Below, in pieces: positions 60,050 through 64,000 of a stretch of DNA of 64,000 nt. Source of the stretch: Nageia nagi. Taxonomy: Eukaryota > Plantae > Pinophyta. Positions within the stretch are counted from its first letter, which is position 1. Each line of letters begins with the position of its first letter. A program made the position numbers and the translations under genes. Under the pieces are notes generated by a model that made no database searches, was not told the origin of the DNA, and saw only the letters and a program-made list of their open reading frames with translations. Location: the NCBI GenBank assembly GCA_050084985.1, contig JBITNC010000002.1, positions 17,360,001 to 17,424,000 of the forward strand, given 5' to 3'.

Positions 60050-63000
60050 ATCTCCCCCTTTGGAATTGTTGGCAATGCATAAGTAAATACTTGCAACTTT
60101 TCTTCCCCTTTGACAACAATGATAAAGAGCTACTGTAAACTCCCCCTAATTCCATACACAACATTCTCATGCAAATATTAGTACTGATAGTAAAACTCAC
60201 AAACAAGAGCAGAACGATAAGACAGTAAGAAAACGCTCTCCCTAATAATGTGGTCCCGAATGCTAGTCAATGCTTGGGAAGTGGAGTCACTCCCTACTTT
60301 TTGTGAAGGTACTCAAAAACTTCCTTAGGCAATGGTTTTGTAAAAATGCCTTTTACTTGCTCTGTTGTTGAGACAAATTCTAACTTGACCTCTCCTTCAG
60401 CAACTTTCTCCTTCAAGAAATGATACCAGATAGCAATTTGTTTTGTATGGGAGTGCATTATTGGATTCTTTGAAATGTTTATAGCATTTGTATTATCGCA
60501 CTTTACTGAAATACGCTCACTAAAATGAATACCAAGATCTTTTAGAGTTTGCTTCATCCAAAGTACATGGGTGCAACATGATACTGCTGCAATATATTCT
60601 GCTTCTGCTGTAGATAAGGATATTGACTCTTGCCTCTTACTATGCCATGCTACAAGTCTATCACCGAGATAAAATGCACCTGCACTAGTGCTCTTCCTGT
60701 CATCCATGCAACCTGCCCAATCAGCATCTGAAATCCTTGCCTTTTGGGTACCAAAGATCATAATCCATTGTTCCTTTGAGATACCAAAAAATGCATTTTA
60801 CTATCGAGACGTGTTTCTTTTGGACTTGCTTGAAACCGTGCAACCATGCAAACTGCCTGTAAAATATCTGGTCATGTGGTCGTCAAGTACAACAAGCTCC
60901 CTATCATAGATTTGTACATGGTTTGATCGACTGGTGGTGACTTGTCATCTTTGCTCAACTTGCAACCTGTTGTCATTGGAGTGCTAATTATCTTGCAATC
61001 CTCCATAGTGAACTTCTTTAGCATTTCTTTAGTATACTTTATTTGAGAAATAAAAATGCCATTCTTTAACTGATTTACTTGAAGACTAAGAAAGTATGAG
61101 AGTTTACCTATCATTGACATTTCAAACTCACTTTGCATTTGATTGGCAAAGTTTTTTGCACAACTCATCTTTGCATCCTCCAAAAATGATATCATCTACA
61201 TAGACAATAACAATGATTTGATAGTCCTTTACAGATTTCACATAAAGATTGCTATCAACCATACCCTTTTTAAAGCCTTGTTGTTGGAGAAAGGTATCCA
61301 ATCGCGCATACCAAGCACGAGGTGCTTGTTTCAGACCATACAATGCCTTTTTCAGTTTGCATACCATATTTGGATCCTCTAAAAGTTGAAAACCATCAAG
61401 TTGTTCAATGTAGACTTTCTCTAGTTTTCCATTTAAAAATACTGATTTTACATCCATTTGATATACTTTGAAGTTCTTATACACTGCAAGAGCAAGAAAC
61501 ATTCGAATTGCCTCAAGTCTAGCTATTGGTGCAAAAGTTTCCTCAAAATCAATACCTTCAACTTGTGCATATCCCTTGCATACCAATCTTGCTTTGTTTC
61601 TTACTACCTATCCATCCTCATTTAACTTGTTTCGAAAGACCCACTCTGTGCGGATTACATTTTTGTTTTTGGGCCTTGGTACTAATTCCTATGTTTTGTT
61701 TTTCTTGATCTAGTTCAATTCCTCTTCCATTGCTTTTATCCAACTTTCATCTTGACTTGCCTCAGCAACATTTTTAGGTTCTATACTAGATAAAAGGGAA
61801 TAAGTCCTCATTGCTCTTCTTCTTATCTGAATGCCATTGCTAGGATCTCCAATTATTTGCTCTTTGGGATGATCTTTTTGCCAACTTCTTGTTTTGAATT
61901 TTTTATTTTCTTCCAACTCTTCTTCCTTTGAGTCATTTTTTGATTCTTTTTCTATTTTCTCTTCCTCATCTCCTTGAATAATCTCTTTCTAAATTGGAAA
62001 GTTGTCATTATCATTTTTTGGTAATTCTCTCTTTTCATCAATCTTGACATCAGCACTGTCAACAATTTTTCTCAACCTTTTATTGTAACACTTGTATGCT
62101 TTACTTTTTGTTGAATAGCCAAGAAAGACGCCTTCATCTGCTCTATCTTCGAATTTCCCAAGATTTTCATCTTAATGTAGCATTTGCTTTCAAACACCTT
62201 GAAATGTCTCACTGTTGCTTTTCTACCAAATCACAACTCATATGGTGTCTTATTTTCATGTGGTCTCAATAAGCATCTATTTTGAATGTATAATGTTGTA
62301 TGAACTGCTTCCTTCCAAAATCTGTTAGCTATTTTGCTTTCAATCAACATAGTTCTAGCCATTTCCTGTATTGGTCTATTTTTCCTTTCCACAACTCCAT
62401 TTTGTTGTGGTGTCCTTGCTGCTGAAAATTGTCTCTTGATACCATGCTCTAAACAATACTCTATAAAATCCTCTGATATAAACTCGCCTCCTTTGTCTGA
62501 GCGTAGGCACTTAATTTGTTTGTCCATTTGATTCTCAACTTGGTTCTTGAATGCCTTAAACATATCAAGTGTTTCTAATTTGCGCTTCAAAAATTGTATT
62601 CACATCATTCTTGTATAATCATCAATAAATAACATAAAATATTTGTCCCCATTTATGCTTTGTGTTCTCATGGGTCCACACAAGTCTGTATGTATTAGTT
62701 CTAAAGGCCTGCTAGTATGATTTTCTTTTATTTTGAATCTAGCTCTGGTTTGCTTTCCTTTCTGACATGAATCACAAATGGCATTGGATGGTTTTGTAAT
62801 ACTGCATATATCTCTTATAGCCTTCTTTGAACATAGTTTCACTAAATTGTCAAAGCTAATATGCCCAAGTCTCTTATGCCAAAGCCAATCTTCATCTTTC
62901 TTTCCGAGCAAACATGATCCCTCTGAAGTCTTTGCAATGTATACAAATTTCCAGAAGTGCTTATGCCAACTAAAACTAACCTGTCACTACCCGTTCTTCT

Positions 63001-64000
63001 AATTTGACATCCATATTTCTTAAATGTTACATCATGTCCTCTATCGCAAATTTGATTGACACTTAACAAACTATGTTTCAACTCAATCACAATAATACTT
63101 CCTCTAACCTGATCTTTCCATCATTGATCTTAACTGTGTTTTTGCCGACAATCTTTGCTCCATCATTGTTGCCAAATTTTATTGATCCACCGTCATACTG
63201 TTGCAGTTTCTCAAATCTCCTTTTATCTCCGATCATATGGCTAGAACAACCACTGCCTAGTATCCATGGAGCTGGTTTATCCTATGCTTTAAAAGTTGTT
63301 TGTACTATCAATGATTTCTCATCATTCTTTGATTGCTCTTTCTCCTTCCACACATGTTTTACTTTAGGTTTGGGTTCTTGTACCTGTTCATTTTTTGTTT
63401 CTTGCATAGAGTTTTCTTGGATTTCTCTATCTTGTCTCATGGATTGAAATCTTTTATCTTGAATACTGTTTGAAGCAAATTTGTTTCTACAAAATCTTGT
63501 TATGTGTCCAAAGTTATGACAATTATAGCATTCTACTGGACATTCCATTAATGGTCCAAATGCATTTCTACTTACAAAAGTTCTTGGTGCAACATTAAAT
63601 TTGCAATTTGATAACTTATGACCGTAAGCATTACATTTAAAACAATAGCCATTAAAGGAAAGATTGAATTTGATTTGCGGTCTTTGCCAATAATTTATAG
63701 GTGCCATGTATTGCCTTCTTCTTTGGTATTGGACTTTTGTGAATCCATCATCAATGTTCCTCTCTTACCTTGCATCCTCTTTTACTGGTTTCTTTTCTTC
63801 TTTCTTGAAAATTATTGTATTCTTGATCATTGGCATATTTGATGATTGCCCCTTTTCAAAACCCAAACCAACCTTGTTTGAAGAATTTTGCTGGCCTTTT
63901 ATTATTTCTCCCAACTTTGTGGAACTACCCTCAAGAACTTGATATGTATTAATTCTTTGAGTCATTTCTTCCAATTGCATTCTCAAACCAATTATCTTCT
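58099..64000 (-). mobile_element. Ty1/copia retrotransposon, SIRE/Maximus-like (multi-PPT), cut by the window edge; frameshifted gag-PR-INT-RT-RH
   Basis: 3' LTR at 58099-60049 (TGTTG...CAACA; rc of attcacc...ccccctctcagt near the end). PPT repeats at 60051, 60101, 60140 and 60236. Domains: RH DADWAG...STAEAEY; [21 protein letters not shown] and VYVDDIIFG; INT RSDKGGEF and TPQQNGVVERKNR; GAG-pre-int LWHKRLGH; PR SGCSSHM; two CCHC zinc knuckles. Confidence 0.95.

Noticed and set aside
1-64000. tRNA/rRNA genes
   Set aside because: Only PBS motifs complementary to tRNA 3' ends were seen; no cloverleaf or rRNA-like sequence.

Overview
AT-rich, CpG-depleted eukaryotic DNA from a large plant genome. 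It is probably a conifer or other gymnosperm, inferred from the style of the PPR motifs, the retroelement types and the very long TE-filled intron. The only convincing host gene is an ENT3-like equilibrative nucleoside transporter on the + strand. Seven coding exons lie at 39670-45271; the last exon(s) are beyond the window behind a >18.7 kb intron, and the exon1/exon2 junction looks frameshifted. The rest is a nest of mobile elements, several with hand-verifiable target-site duplications (TSDs). These are two gag+protease-only Ty3/gypsy elements (461-6113, TSD TCCAT; 15935-21738, TSD AGTTT), a 285-bp TRIM with 64-bp LTRs (10369-10653, TSD TTAGA), three LINE remnants, a long-LTR gypsy element (47265-57716, TSD TATAC) carrying a solo LTR (53145-54372, TSD CTCTT), a Copia relic, and a SIRE-like multi-PPT Copia running off the right edge. 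The most striking structure is a transposase-less CACTA element (15196-27328, 28-bp imperfect TIRs, TSD TAC, splitting a LINE ORF2 in frame). It is built from captured PLS-class PPR gene fragments that have been amplified into 111-bp (37-codon) and ~130-bp tandem arrays and are present in both orientations. A second copy of the same PPR-cargo family occupies the start of the window. All coordinates and mismatch counts were made by hand; no database search was possible.
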